Assembly (NCBI GenBank): GCA_963826535.1
Contig: CAWGXL010000010.1
Location: 42,814-106,813 of the forward strand
Origin: an uncultured bacterium
Lineage (GTDB): Bacteria > Patescibacteriota > Microgenomatia > Levybacterales > UBA12049
Direction: 5' to 3'
Length of the DNA stretch: 64,000 bases
Of this stretch, positions 27,611-37,861 are shown piece after piece. A program made the translations under genes and the position numbers. How positions within the stretch are numbered: the stretch's first letter is position 1; the number at the start of each line of letters is the position of its first letter. The notes beneath the pieces are model-generated. The model saw only the letters and a program-made list of their open reading frames with translations, had not been told where the DNA came from and ran no database searches.

Positions 27611-28669
27611 ATGTCAAAGGTTTTTTATAAATATCTAGGTAAAACTGAGACTTGGCCGCATCTTACAAACGTTTATCCGAGTTCTTTGACGTACGATGAC
27701 GTGTATCTTGTTCCACAAACTTCACCCATTGCTTCAAGAACTATAGTTGATACATCTGTAAAACTCGGGCCGTATACTTTATCTAAACCAATTATTTCAG
27801 CGCCAATGGATACCATAACTGGCGAACGGATGATCAGAGAGCTTGCACGGCTTGGTGCCATTGGCACACTTCCCCGTGGTGATTTGGAAGAAAGAAAAGC
27901 TATTTGCAAGCGACTGACGGTCGAAAATATTCCTTGTATGTACGCGATTAGTTTGAAGAACGGATATGAAGAAGCAGTAGAATTGAAAAAAAAAGGCGCA
28001 CAGTTAGTTGTCGTTGACGTTGCGCACGGAGGTTCTATCCCCGCACAAGAACTGGCGCAGAAAATAAAGAAGAAATTAAAACTATTTGTAGTAGTTGGGA
28101 ATGTAGTGACATATACCGAGGTGCTTTCTTATAAAAAGTATGATATTGATATTGCCAAGGTTGGCGTTGGGCCGGGAGGGTTATGCACTACGCGTATTGT
28201 TGCCGGGACCGGCTTCCCCCAATTATCTGCGATTTTTGAGACCATAGAGTCAGGACTACCTGTTATTGCCGATGGAGGAATTAAACAAGCAGGTGATTTC
28301 GCCAAAGCAATTGCTGCCGGGGCAACTGTGGGCATGATCGGAAGCTTGTTTGCCGGTACCGATGAAACTCCCGGAGAATATACTATGAATGGCAAAAAAC
28401 TCGCCCGCGGTCAAGCGTCTTTGGCATATATGAATGATAATGGAATTATGACCAGTGAATTTCGCGCTGCTGAGGGTATAAGTGTTGAAATAGAACCGCG
28501 CGGGCCAGTCGTGAGAATTGTTGAACAATTAATGGGCGGTCTTAGAAGTGCTATGACATATGCGGGAGCAAAGAGTATTAAGGAGTTTCAGGAAAAAGCA
28601 CAGTTTATCGTAATAACAAATTCCAGCCAAGGAGAAGGAACTCCCTGGATAAAAAACCTCCTTCCCTAG
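27611..28669 (+). CDS. IMP dehydrogenase/GMP reductase family protein (no CBS subdomain)
   Basis: Catalytic loop [24 protein letters not shown] (Cys loop of IMPDH/GMPR) and a TIM barrel; 352 aa. Confidence 0.7.
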   Translation: MSKVFYKYLGKTETWPHLTNVYPSSLTYDDVYLVPQTSPIASRTIVDTSVKLGPYTLSKPIISAPMDTITGERMIRELARLGAIGTLPRGDLEERKAICKRLTVENIPCMYAISLKNGYEEAVELKKKGAQLVVVDVAHGGSIPAQELAQKIKKKLKLFVVVGNVVTYTEVLSYKKYDIDIAKVGVGPGGLCTTRIVAGTGFPQLSAIFETIESGLPVIADGGIKQAGDFAKAIAAGATVGMIGSLFAGTDETPGEYTMNGKKLARGQASLAYMNDNGIMTSEFRAAEGISVEIEPRGPVVRIVEQLMGGLRSAMTYAGAKSIKEFQEKAQFIVITNSSQGEGTPWIKNLLP

Positions 28670-28680
28670 TAAATATTATT

Positions 28681-29139
28681 TTAAACTGTATTGTCAACTT
28701 TCTGTTCTACTTCTTTTTGCGTTACAGGTTTGATAATTTGCATTATATGTACTAAGCCATATGCTACAAGCGCATAGACTATCGCAGCAATAAGAGTTGA
28801 CCATTCAAGTACTGAAGCGCCGGAAATAGTATTGGCCAATATACCTCTGAATGGTATAGCGAGCGGATCACTAACTGCATAGATTAGACTGGTAAACTCG
28901 CTCGTTGGATTTGCACCAAGTGCCAATAGCGTCATACGAAATCCAAGCAATATTTCAACAACACCTAAAATATACCAAATTATTTGATAAGTTCTAAAAA
29001 TTGTCTTTTTCTTGTTAAATACTTGCTGAGCAGGTTCGGTTTTAACAGGAGGAGGAGTAGTCGTTATTGTCTTTACTACTTGTTTAGGATTCGAAACAGT
29101 TGTAGTTTCCTTAATCTCAGTCCCTGCATCATCTACCAT
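28681..29139 (-). CDS. YggT-family membrane protein
   Basis: YGGT-like repeat (ILLGFRMTLLALGANP...FTSLIYAVSDPLAIPFRGIL) and 3-4 TM segments. Confidence 0.5.
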   Translation of the reverse strand: MVDDAGTEIKETTTVSNPKQVVKTITTTPPPVKTEPAQQVFNKKKTIFRTYQIIWYILGVVEILLGFRMTLLALGANPTSEFTSLIYAVSDPLAIPFRGILANTISGASVLEWSTLIAAIVYALVAYGLVHIMQIIKPVTQKEVEQKVDNTV

Positions 29140-29278
29140 AAAACTATCATGACAAGTTATTATAAATTTGTCAACTTTAGTTATTTTCTTATCGATAATA
29201 ATTTTACAAAAAATGGATTTTAAGTAAGGGTTAAACAGCCTTGTTGGAAATTATTGTTATTTTTGATAAAATCCACCT

Positions 29279-29737
29279 ATGCTTAACCCCGAGATGGAAG
29301 GTGGCCTTGATTCACCATTGCGAAGAGTTGAGTTGCATAGACTTTCGTCTACTCATGAAGACAACAGGAGAGTTCTGACGGAATTATTTTGCTCACCTGA
29401 TATTATAATTAGTGATGCAAAGATTATGAATATAAAAGCACCACCGCCTGGTAAGAGAACTGTTGTTGGCGGCCATGCAGAGAAAGGTCTTGAAATCCAG
29501 GTAGTTTTATCTGGAGAGATTACGCTTTTAGAATTAAAAGATGTTGTGACTGGAGAAGAAATAGAACACAAACATTTACAAGCGTGTACTAAAATAGTTC
29601 TCCCAGCAGGTGTAGTTCACAGATTAACCTTTTATAATGCTGCAACATTGTTAGTTTGCAATGAGATTCCTTTTAAACCTGATAAGCTTGTTAAGCACCC
29701 TTTTATAAAAGACCAATTAACAGCAGTGGCTAAGTAA
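29279..29737 (+). CDS. Hypothetical protein (possibly cupin-like)
   Basis: 152-aa ORF; start codon uncertain. Confidence 0.3.
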   Translation: MLNPEMEGGLDSPLRRVELHRLSSTHEDNRRVLTELFCSPDIIISDAKIMNIKAPPPGKRTVVGGHAEKGLEIQVVLSGEITLLELKDVVTGEEIEHKHLQACTKIVLPAGVVHRLTFYNAATLLVCNEIPFKPDKLVKHPFIKDQLTAVAK

Positions 29738-29742
29738 CTATG

Positions 29743-30420
29743 TTACCGCAAAAACTTGAAACTCACGAGGAATTTGTAGAAATCATCTAATTCTTGTTGT
29801 GATTTAAAATAATTACCAATTATATAAGTAAATCCGGATTTTTTAACCACTATTCGCCTATTAACCAATCCGTTACCCTGGAGTACATTATTGTTTTGAA
29901 TTAGGACTCCATCTATACCTGAGACAGGAATAGAAGCAAGTTTCTTAAATGTCCAGAATTCCGCATCCGGCCCAATTTGCAGATTAGCATTGTCATTGAT
30001 GGAATAAAGCTTATCAACTATTTCCTCAGACATGAAATGATAAACCTCCTTATCATTATTAAATCCATCAGGTATTACAGAAATATAAAATGTGGGAAAT
30101 CCCGTGGAACCGGACTGATTTTGTTTCATCACAAATGCTGTGCTATATGGAGTTTCAGAAAATTTTAAATAATCAGGGTAATTTACTGCAAAATTATATT
30201 TTTTATTTGTATACGTTTTCCAATTTGCAGATTGTATAATCTTAGAATCTTTTGTTTGGTCAGTAGGGTAGACATGTTGCAAAGTAACTTTCAAAACCCC
30301 GAATAAACAAACTACTCCAAAAATCGCAATAATTATTTTTATAAATAACGACATACCTTTACGCGGTGCCGGTGTAACCGTCTGCGGTGGTACTGTATTC
30401 TGAGGTGAGTTTTCCTCCAT
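29743..30420 (-). CDS. Hypothetical N-terminally anchored extracytoplasmic protein
   Basis: N-terminal TM segment (LFIKIIIAIFGVVCLFGVL). Confidence 0.4.
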   Translation of the reverse strand: MEENSPQNTVPPQTVTPAPRKGMSLFIKIIIAIFGVVCLFGVLKVTLQHVYPTDQTKDSKIIQSANWKTYTNKKYNFAVNYPDYLKFSETPYSTAFVMKQNQSGSTGFPTFYISVIPDGFNNDKEVYHFMSEEIVDKLYSINDNANLQIGPDAEFWTFKKLASIPVSGIDGVLIQNNNVLQGNGLVNRRIVVKKSGFTYIIGNYFKSQQELDDFYKFLVSFKFLR

Positions 30421-30646
30421 TAAATTAAGTATGTCAACTTAGACACGAATATGTCAAGATCACAAGCCGATGCTCATTCGCGCAGTTGAATTTCAAAGTT
30501 TCCCACTCAATATAGAAGCGGTTTACCTGTGAGTATTTCTTGTTGCATAAACATTGAAAATATCTCTAGAAAAAATACACTATAAAAGTTGACCTCTTAA
30601 CACAGAGTGTCTATAATTTACCTCATCTATTCAATGAGAATATAAT

Positions 30647-32524
30647 ATGAGTAAGTCAGAACGATCTAATAGAGTCGACGTCAGAGAGCCCAGAAGTGCT
30701 GCAGAAGCAAAAATTAAACGCGAAGTGCGCAAAGTCGATAGCATGCGTCTTTACGGAGAACCGAAAATTATTGTTCTTGATGGACCAACCCTTACAACCG
30801 GTAGCAAAACAGCACAAGAATCTCTGTTGGGTAAATTAAAATCGCAAGTGAGTTACGGTAAAAAACTTGTCATTATCGATGAGGGTGGTCAAGTACAAAA
30901 TAGATTGACAGGCATTCCTGAAACGAGTTTGTCAGTCGTATCATCAATGTCAGAAGTCCCGACATCTAAACCGGCAATTGCAACCCTCAGTTATCCCTAC
31001 CTACTCCCTGATAATATTTTGGCTGGGTTCTATGTCGGAGAGGGAGAACCACCTCAAGGTATGTATCAGACTCGCAAAACAGGGGCAGATGGAGCTGATG
31101 AAGTTTATGATCTCCTAGCTGCAGCTGCAGGGCAAGATAAAGCCGGTGCAGCTTTTCGCGCCGCCGGAAAGAAGCAGCCTATTCCTACAAGTTATCCCTA
31201 TGATAGAAATGTTCTTAGCGGGATTAGCATCACCCTTGCACCAATGACTCCTGAGAGAGTAACCCAAGTTGTGAGACAACATGAAGATCAAGTGAGAGAT
31301 TTTGAAGCTGGAAGAAGTAATGAATTACTGAAAAGAGCTATTGGTCCTATTCTTAAAGCATTTGCTGAGAACGGTGCAATTGCCGCAGCGCCTGAATATG
31401 CACATAATAGAGGATACTGGTTTCGATGGCTAAGAGATGAAGGCCAAATAGCAATCGCTGCAAAGAATTATGCAGAGGCAACAGACGATCCAGAATCGAA
31501 AAGCTTCCTTAATGAAAACTTAGGAAGAAATATGGAGTTTATTCGGGATTTCGCCAAACGGGAAGATATTCAAAAGAAGAAATTACTCGGTGTTAGTCGT
31601 TGCGAAATGGATGGGACTCCGATTGAATCATATGGTAATCCCCAAAACGACGGCCCCGCACATTCAGCATTGAATGTAATGCATAATCTTAAGGAGAATC
31701 ATGAAGCTGCATATGAAATAACAAAACCATATATTGACTTCTTCACTACAGAGGAAGGCACAGGTTTGACGTTTGATCCGTGGGAGTATGCAGTAGGGGA
31801 TATCTTTAACCCACTCAACCTTGGACGACGTGTACTGAAAAGAGGATCAGACTTGGCTCGAAAAAATGGAGATACACACACTGAGAGCTTCTATAAGATT
31901 AAAGCAGCTGCATTAGAAATACAACTGGAAAAGTTTTACGATAAGAAAAAAGGCTATATTGTCGCTGGAAAAGATTTTGTTAATCCATGGATAAGTGAAA
32001 CAAAAAATTTAGATATTAGCATTATTGGGAGTATTTTAACAGCGTATGATGTCACGGATAATTTTATGAATGTTGAGGATGAACGGGTAATGAAAACAAT
32101 GCTAGCTCTGGAGAACGAGTTTGCAGATAGGTGGCCAGTCAATATTGCCTGGAAACAAGCTGGTAATGAAGGAATGGGTATGGGACGGCGGCCTGAGGAT
32201 ACCAATGATGGTATTGGTTCAACCGGAGGCAATCCATGGACGTTTGCGACCCTTTGGGCTTCCCAATACTATTTGCGATTGATCCAACGATATGAATACC
32301 TTGCAACTAAGGGAGATGTCAGAGAATATGATAGAGAAGCATTAATGAAAAAAGCAGAAGGGTATCTTAAATTCACTCTTGCGCACTTACCGGTTGATAA
32401 TCTTACCGAGCAAATCGACGGACAGACAGGTAAGCCCAGGGGGGCAGATGAACTGGCTTGGGCACACGCGGAATTGATAAATACTTTGCTTATGTTAAAT
32501 GATACAAAAACTGCCCAACTTTAA
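30647..32524 (+). CDS. Glycoside hydrolase family 15-like (glucoamylase/glucodextranase six-hairpin) protein
   Basis: GYWFRWLRDEG and GGNPWTFATLWASQYY resemble GH15 catalytic-domain motifs (xRDxA...; GNPWFLcT.A.AeqlY). Confidence 0.45.
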   Translation: MSKSERSNRVDVREPRSAAEAKIKREVRKVDSMRLYGEPKIIVLDGPTLTTGSKTAQESLLGKLKSQVSYGKKLVIIDEGGQVQNRLTGIPETSLSVVSSMSEVPTSKPAIATLSYPYLLPDNILAGFYVGEGEPPQGMYQTRKTGADGADEVYDLLAAAAGQDKAGAAFRAAGKKQPIPTSYPYDRNVLSGISITLAPMTPERVTQVVRQHEDQVRDFEAGRSNELLKRAIGPILKAFAENGAIAAAPEYAHNRGYWFRWLRDEGQIAIAAKNYAEATDDPESKSFLNENLGRNMEFIRDFAKREDIQKKKLLGVSRCEMDGTPIESYGNPQNDGPAHSALNVMHNLKENHEAAYEITKPYIDFFTTEEGTGLTFDPWEYAVGDIFNPLNLGRRVLKRGSDLARKNGDTHTESFYKIKAAALEIQLEKFYDKKKGYIVAGKDFVNPWISETKNLDISIIGSILTAYDVTDNFMNVEDERVMKTMLALENEFADRWPVNIAWKQAGNEGMGMGRRPEDTNDGIGSTGGNPWTFATLWASQYYLRLIQRYEYLATKGDVREYDREALMKKAEGYLKFTLAHLPVDNLTEQIDGQTGKPRGADELAWAHAELINTLLMLNDTKTAQL

Positions 32525-32593
32525 TTTCCAAAGGGTGTAAATAACTTCAGCAACGGGATAATCAGCAGGTGCTAAGCAACTTTGTCGGACTTA

Positions 32594-33451
32594 TTATTGT
32601 ATTGGGACTCCATGCTTGTGGGATTCATATATAATCTCGAAAAAAAGTTTTTTTGTCTCCTTACTATTAAGCTTAAGTGATTCGTCAGTATTAATCGTGT
32701 GCGGACCCGATGTCCACGGCTCAAAGCAAATATAGTCTGGATTATCAGTCCAAATAACTAGCTTTCTAAATTCGTCGCTGTATTTTAGCCGAAAGGCACC
32801 TTTATTCGTAACAGAAAAGATAGTTTGTTCGGCAGGCGCACCTACTATGATAGATTTTTTTAATATTTCCGGATTATTTTCAAATCCTGGGATTGGAGTC
32901 GTAATATCTGTTGAATCTTTTTGGTCACGTGAAAAATAAGGATGAAAACCCAAGACATATGGCATTGCCTCTCCACGACTTCCTATATTTTTAACCTGAA
33001 CATCAAAACGCAACGATCTATCTGTTAAAGTAATCTTGTTTAGTAATTCAAAATCAAATGGAAAAATCGCCCTCGAATTGTTATTAGATACTAATCGAAA
33101 AGTGATACTATTTTTATTCTCACTATTTTGGTCAACCTCGGTAATTTCCCATAATAAGTCTCTAGCGAAACCGTGCAGCATTAACCGGCCTGAAATTTCA
33201 TCGCTACCTGCTGCACCGGCGATCGGAAAAAGGATAGGAATTCCACCTCTGTAAATATCCATTGGTAGGCTAGGGTGGTCATCATGAACTTTAGGATAAG
33301 TTATTAAATTATTCTCGCCGATCCGCCATGATGTGACAGTTGCACCTACCGGAGAAATTGTAACTTCAGCTCTTCCGACATTTAATCTAGTCTCATGAAT
33401 ATTTTGGGGTATTTTCCCTACACATAATCCTGCATATCCCAATTGTTCTAT
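32594..33451 (-). CDS. Aldose 1-epimerase-family (hexose mutarotase-like) protein
   Basis: HGFAR...W signature and beta-sandwich-like composition; the start is probably at MIEQLGY. Confidence 0.5.
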   Translation of the reverse strand: MEQLGYAGLCVGKIPQNIHETRLNVGRAEVTISPVGATVTSWRIGENNLITYPKVHDDHPSLPMDIYRGGIPILFPIAGAAGSDEISGRLMLHGFARDLLWEITEVDQNSENKNSITFRLVSNNNSRAIFPFDFELLNKITLTDRSLRFDVQVKNIGSRGEAMPYVLGFHPYFSRDQKDSTDITTPIPGFENNPEILKKSIIVGAPAEQTIFSVTNKGAFRLKYSDEFRKLVIWTDNPDYICFEPWTSGPHTINTDESLKLNSKETKKLFFEIIYESHKHGVPIQ

Positions 33452-33524
33452 CATGAATAAATTATAGCTAAGATTTAACAAACAAACTATGAAATTATTT
33501 TGTTTGTATATATTTTATTATATA

Positions 33525-34001
33525 TCACTTTTCTATAAGCGAGCGTTCTAGTTTTATATTAAAAGGTTGAAAGCCTTCACGTTCATAAAATTGAATTGCC
33601 TTTTTGTTTGGAGTATAAGCTGTTACAGACACTTTTTGTGCACCGATTTTCTTTCCCCAGTCAATAAATACATCTACTAATTTTTTGCCAATGCCTTGAT
33701 TCCTAAAATCCTCTTTTACATAAAGATTAACAACAAAAACGACTTTAATAGTCCGGTATGAATTATCTTCTATTTCACCCATGATAAAGCCAAGAGGTTC
33801 ATTTTCTATTTCAGCTATAAAGCATATGCCTTTTGTAGCATCTATTTTTTCAGTGTAATACTTTTTACCTTCATCAGTTTCTCCCCATTTGACATCAACC
33901 TGCTCATTAAAGGGTAAATCTGAGATATTCAATTCTTCAACTAATGCCATTATTTTAGGTATATCTTCAGCTGTTGTTTTTCTGATAGAAAGTGTATTCA
34001 T
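33525..34001 (-). CDS. GNAT-family N-acetyltransferase
   Basis: Motif A RNQGIGKKLV; 158 aa. Confidence 0.75.
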   Translation of the reverse strand: MNTLSIRKTTAEDIPKIMALVEELNISDLPFNEQVDVKWGETDEGKKYYTEKIDATKGICFIAEIENEPLGFIMGEIEDNSYRTIKVVFVVNLYVKEDFRNQGIGKKLVDVFIDWGKKIGAQKVSVTAYTPNKKAIQFYEREGFQPFNIKLERSLIEK

Positions 34002-34159
34002 ACAGTAATTATACCAAAATTCGAATCCTTGTCAGTGTAAAGGATTTTTTGAAGCTAAAATCGTTGCAGGCACAGGTTGACGATTTCCGAACTACAAAAT
34101 GGAGGGAATCCATTTCATATCCGGAGCTTACTTATCTTAAGTCAAATCAGTATGTGAAA

Positions 34160-34804
34160 TTAATCGTTGTATAAATCTGTTTTGTTCAAAATATTTTTGA
34201 TTTTTTCCCTTCGCTTTTTCCCAAAATTGTTTCTGTATTCTATATAATATTTTGCATTATCAAAATTGTTGACGTAGTCCATAATGTTTTTCGGAAATCG
34301 ATAGGTCTGATAAGTAAGTTTTTCATCAACCTTTTCACCACCTGAAAGATTGAATGCTCTACCATGTCTTTCTACCCATGCCTTTGTTACATTTTCGCTT
34401 TCCTTTTCCCATTCTGTATGTTCAGTAACAGGCTGTATTTTTATAATTCGCCGTTTTGTAAAAAAACGCCAAACAGTTTTCTCCGGTATTGAAATTAGTA
34501 AAACAGGCTTATCAATAGAACCGGAACCGCCCCTTTCATTCCGTACGGTAATCTCAAGTTCAAACTCCAACACGCTGTTTTTGAGTTCTTCCAATATGCG
34601 TCCATTCCAATCTCTTGCTACCCAATCAGGAATTATAAGGTGCGTTTCTTCGACCGTGATTTTCGGAGTGTTATATTTGAAGCTAAACCAGCTTACGATT
34701 AAGCCAACAATACCAGTTATTGAACCAAGAATACCCCAAAAATTTGCCTGCCAAAAAGTGTTCCCTTGCTGAGTAAATATGCCAATAAGCGCCTGTATGT
34801 CCAT
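34160..34804 (-). CDS. Hypothetical single-TM protein (third gene of a LexA-box-controlled operon)
   Basis: N-terminal TM segment (ILGSITGIVGLIVSWFSF); abuts the stop of the upstream DUF2188 gene. Confidence 0.4.
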   Translation of the reverse strand: MDIQALIGIFTQQGNTFWQANFWGILGSITGIVGLIVSWFSFKYNTPKITVEETHLIIPDWVARDWNGRILEELKNSVLEFELEITVRNERGGSGSIDKPVLLISIPEKTVWRFFTKRRIIKIQPVTEHTEWEKESENVTKAWVERHGRAFNLSGGEKVDEKLTYQTYRFPKNIMDYVNNFDNAKYYIEYRNNFGKKRREKIKNILNKTDLYND

Positions 34805-34806
34805 TT

Positions 34807-35046
34807 TTAATGTTCCGTATCCCTTGGAGGATTTGGGTTGTTACTGTTTATGGTATCTTTGCTACGGATAGGTCCGTGTTGGCTTTGAGTTATTAGTTCT
34901 CCGCCACTATTATTTTGAAGCACGTTGCGTGCATAATCTTCTGCTTCTCTTTGTGTATCGAAAACTCGTGATGCTCGTTCAGCTCCTTCTCGTTGTGCCT
35001 TCCAGCCGTTAGTATCGGGTGAAACCCAATAATTACTTTTTTTCAT
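34807..35046 (-). CDS. DUF2188-like small protein
   Basis: WVSPDTNGWKAQREGAERASRVFDTQREAEDYARNV matches the DUF2188 pattern (W.V..eGgWkvkreGaerassvhdTk.eA...Are.A). Confidence 0.55.
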   Translation of the reverse strand: MKKSNYWVSPDTNGWKAQREGAERASRVFDTQREAEDYARNVLQNNSGGELITQSQHGPIRSKDTINSNNPNPPRDTEH

Positions 35047-35972
35047 GTCCGGTCACCTCCTTTGTCAATAATCTCTTTTACTTTTTCTTCCCAATATTCT
35101 CGATGAACGACCCGTGCTTTTTGAAGGCTCTCGTTTAGTATCTGAGCCTTTGTCATTTGCGAAAGTTTCTCCCAATCTTCATCGAAGAGGTAAGTGGCAT
35201 TGCCGTAATACATACTTTCCAGCACATAAATCTTTTTTTTGGTGAAGCCATGCACTATGTACCCATGAAACCCTCCGGTTCCAATCGCTCTGAAGTCCGG
35301 TTTGAGTGAATTGACGGTCTCTAGCCGGTAATAAAGTACTTTTCTGTTGCCTTCCGGTGCATTTTTTACAATAGGGTCTATCTCTTCTTTGAATTGTGCC
35401 CAAGGCATTTCTCCTTGAGGCAAGACTGTCCAATTCAGTCTTCGCAAGGGAGTTTTTATGATTGCCTCCAAGTCTTTTGTAAAAAATTGGCATTCTCCAA
35501 ATAATTCCAAGAAAAGATTTACAGTATGCGTTAGTAGCTCAATATCACTTTCTCCTTTTTCAAACACAGGTGATGTAAGAAGCAAACGTCCTTCAGGTGA
35601 TTTGACAATAGAGAGCTCTACTGCCGGTGGTTCAACAAAAGTTCGTGGATATCTTTGGTAAGGGACATCGACTATTTTGGAGTGTCTCGTTCCGTCCCAT
35701 TCTTCCCACTCCCAGTCAGTTTGACGGTAGGCTGTTTCCATCGGCTGGTCTTTGTGAACAATATTTTTTCCTTCAGCATTGTATCGACTTACAGGTCCGA
35801 TGTCTGCCGGAAGTATGGATTGTCCGCTTTCATAAGGCTCAGAGAAGCCAATACTTTTTAGTATCGTAGAAAATTTTTGTAGGTCAGTAATTCCGAGGAT
35901 AATTTTTGAACCGTTCTGAATATGACGGGTATAGGGGATGATGTTTCGGATACGTTTTTTCTGTATAATCAT
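35043..35972 (-). CDS. Hypothetical protein (first gene of the divergent LexA-box-controlled operon)
   Basis: 309 aa with no motif recognised; overlaps the next gene by 4 nt. Confidence 0.4.
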   Translation of the reverse strand: MIIQKKRIRNIIPYTRHIQNGSKIILGITDLQKFSTILKSIGFSEPYESGQSILPADIGPVSRYNAEGKNIVHKDQPMETAYRQTDWEWEEWDGTRHSKIVDVPYQRYPRTFVEPPAVELSIVKSPEGRLLLTSPVFEKGESDIELLTHTVNLFLELFGECQFFTKDLEAIIKTPLRRLNWTVLPQGEMPWAQFKEEIDPIVKNAPEGNRKVLYYRLETVNSLKPDFRAIGTGGFHGYIVHGFTKKKIYVLESMYYGNATYLFDEDWEKLSQMTKAQILNESLQKARVVHREYWEEKVKEIIDKGGDRT

Positions 35973-36035
35973 GATCGTAATAATTGCAGTCTTTCATAGT
36001 GAAAGGCTGAGGCAAGTATAAGGCACATTTCGTGA

Positions 36036-36082
36036 TTTGTCAAGAACAAAACAGTAGAACAAGAAATTCTGTTCTTGACAAA
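36036..36082. promoter_or_regulatory. Palindromic operator overlapping divergent sigma70-type promoters (TTGACA-17-TATAAT toward lexA-like; TTGACA-17-TATACT toward the minus-strand operon)
   Basis: TTTGTCAAGAACA-aaacagtagaacaagaaat-TGTTCTTGACAAA; the right arm contains TTGACA (36075-36080), 17 bp before TATAAT (36098-36103) and ATG 36116; the left arm (rc) gives TTGACA, with TATACT (rc of 36015-36020) 17 bp away toward the gene at 35972. Confidence 0.6.
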
Positions 36083-36115
36083 CATCAAGTCCTGCCCTAT
36101 AATATAACTTATAGT

Positions 36116-36736
36116 ATGCAACCCTTACATCCTGTCCAAAAAAAGCTTTTGGAAGTTCTAAAAGCAAACATGGACGACCCTCTTACAATAAGACAACTTA
36201 TGAAATTGGCAAGTGCTTCCTCTCCGAGCGTAATTCATCACCATATTACCCAATTAGAAAAAAAAGGACTTTTAAGGAGAAATCCCTCTAACCCATCTGA
36301 CTATCAGGTTCTTATGGGAGAGCCAGAAAAAGAGATTGCTTTTTTAAACCTTTATGGTCTTGCTCAATGCGGTCCAAAAGGGTCAATTTTAGACGGTAAC
36401 CCAGTAGACAGAATAAGAATATCGTCTAAATTCCTAGGCTTTTCTGCTCTTGATGCGTTTGCTGTAAAAGCAAAAGGCACATCAATGTTACCTAAAATAA
36501 AGCCTGGCGACTTGGTAATCGCTAAAAGGTCAAACACATTTAATAATGGAGATGTTGTTATTTGTGTAAATAATGGTGAGGCATTGATAAAAAAAGTACA
36601 GATAATCACTAAAGATGATGAACATATTGCTTATAACCTTATTTCGGTTAATTCACAAAATTACCCTCCTTTTTTAGCAGGTGAAGATTTTAGAGTAGAA
36701 GGTATTGTGCGAGGAGTTTTGACTTATTCGGTATAA
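36116..36736 (+). CDS. lexA: LexA-like repressor (winged-helix DNA-binding domain + S24 peptidase)
   Basis: N-terminal LexA DNA-binding-like region (LTIRQLMKLASASSPSVIHHHITQLEKKGLLRR); C-terminal S24 Ser/Lys dyad context (AKGTSMLPKIKPGDLV...ALIKKV); true start MQPLHPV at 36116 (the track start 36032 lies in the operator). Confidence 0.75.
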   Translation: MQPLHPVQKKLLEVLKANMDDPLTIRQLMKLASASSPSVIHHHITQLEKKGLLRRNPSNPSDYQVLMGEPEKEIAFLNLYGLAQCGPKGSILDGNPVDRIRISSKFLGFSALDAFAVKAKGTSMLPKIKPGDLVIAKRSNTFNNGDVVICVNNGEALIKKVQIITKDDEHIAYNLISVNSQNYPPFLAGEDFRVEGIVRGVLTYSV

Positions 36737-36835
36737 ATAATTTATGGTAATGCCCCCCTCAGGGTGGATTAGCTTGACACATATTCTTTTAAAGTATTCT
36801 CTAATATTTTGTGATCCTTTTTAAACATTTGATAA

Positions 36836-37114
36836 TTATTCTCTATTTTTTTCTCCATTAAAATATTCTCTAAGCATTAATCTTAGAGTTGTTTTGCCTT
36901 TGGTTGTTTTAAAATAATCCTCTCTCCGTTTAGCATCCTTTATTTTCCTGTATGCCTCATAATGGATTAACTCAAGTGGAAGATAGGCTTTTGTAGATGT
37001 GACTGCACCATTATTGTGAGATATCACTCGTGCTTTTAAATCTTCAGAGTAGCCGGCATACACGAATTTTTTCAACGAATTATGGAGAATATAGACGTAA
37101 TAAAACTTCATGGT
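36836..37114 (-). CDS. GIY-YIG nuclease-family protein (UPF0213/YhbQ-like)
   Basis: FYYVYILHNSLKKFVYAGYSEDLKARVISHN: GIY-YIG motif; start at MKFYYVYIL. Confidence 0.65.
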   Translation of the reverse strand, partial: TMKFYYVYILHNSLKKFVYAGYSEDLKARVISHNNGAVTSTKAYLPLELIHYEAYRKIKDAKRREDYFKTTKGKTTLRLMLREYFNGEKNRE

Positions 37115-37249
37115 TGTAGACGTACTAGTCACTATCGTTCCAGTACATCTCTGCCTCACCACTCATTTGCTTTATAGTTAAACTCTAATCCTTTGCCTAA
37201 TTAATTTAAGGGCGAAGCGATGAACCCAAACGAAGTGAGTGGTTCGTTG

Positions 37250-37321
37250 CAGGGACGCACGGATTCGAACCGTGAAAAGCAGTTTTGGAGACTGCTGTGA
37301 TAACCGTTTCACCACGTCCCT
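37250..37321 (-). tRNA. tRNA-Trp (CCA)
   Basis: Cloverleaf on the reverse complement: acceptor AGGGACG/CGTCCCT, D-stem GTGA/TCAC, anticodon stem GCAGT/ACTGC with loop CTCCAAA, T-stem CACGG/CCGTG; no encoded 3'-CCA. Confidence 0.8.
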
Positions 37322-37393
37322 AAGTTAGCAAATAGTAAATAGCATATAGAATATGGTTTTATTTACCATTCGCCATAAGCTATTCGCCATTTA

Positions 37394-37573
37394 CTATTTA
37401 AGCTTGTCCGTCTCTTTATGGTCTGTTTTTTTACGGCAGTGCCTGCAATATTTTTTTAATAATAACTTTTCCGGTGTTTCCAGTTTATTTTTTTGAGTTA
37501 TATAATTCCTATTTTTACAAACAGAACAGACAAGACCTATTTTTATTCTATGTTCACCTTTTTTTGGCATACT
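37394..37573 (-). CDS. rpmG: 50S ribosomal protein L33
   Basis: MPKKGEHRIKIGLVCSVCKNRNYITQKNKLETPEKLLLKKYCRHCRKKTDHKETDKLK: L33 CxxC...CxxC zinc ribbon; the track ORF is over-extended upstream into the tRNA; RBS AGGAGG before the ATG. Confidence 0.85.
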   Translation of the reverse strand, partial: SMPKKGEHRIKIGLVCSVCKNRNYITQKNKLETPEKLLLKKYCRHCRKKTDHKETDKLK

Positions 37574-37609
37574 CCTCCTTTCAATATATATTATCTTTTT
37601 ACATATTTG

Positions 37610-37681
37610 AGCCGAAGGCGGGAATCGGACCCGCGACCTAGTTCTTACCAAGAACTCGCTCTACCACTGAGCCACTTCGGC
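37610..37681 (-). tRNA. tRNA-Thr (GGT)
   Basis: Acceptor GCCGAAG/CTTCGGC, D-arm GCTC-AGTGGTA-GAGC, anticodon loop TTGGTAA, T-arm GCGGG-TCCGATT-CCCGC. Confidence 0.8.
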
Positions 37682-37702
37682 TTTTGCCGCAAAGCGGCTT
37701 TG

Positions 37703-37786
37703 TGCTGAGGGAGGGAATTGCACCCCCGGAGTCCGAACGGACGCGTGGTCTACAGCCACGTGCAATTGCTACTCTGCCACCTCAGC
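37703..37786 (-). tRNA. tRNA-Tyr (GTA) with long variable arm
   Basis: Acceptor GCTGAGG/CCTCAGC, anticodon stem CGTGG/CCACG with loop CTGTAGA, 16-nt variable arm, T-arm GGGGG-TGCAATT-CCCTC (unusual T-loop). Confidence 0.7.
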
Positions 37787-37861
37787 GCATTTAGCTAGTT
37801 GCTATTAGCTGTCAGCTCTCTGACAACAAAAAATCTGAAAGCAGAAAGTTAACAGCAGATA

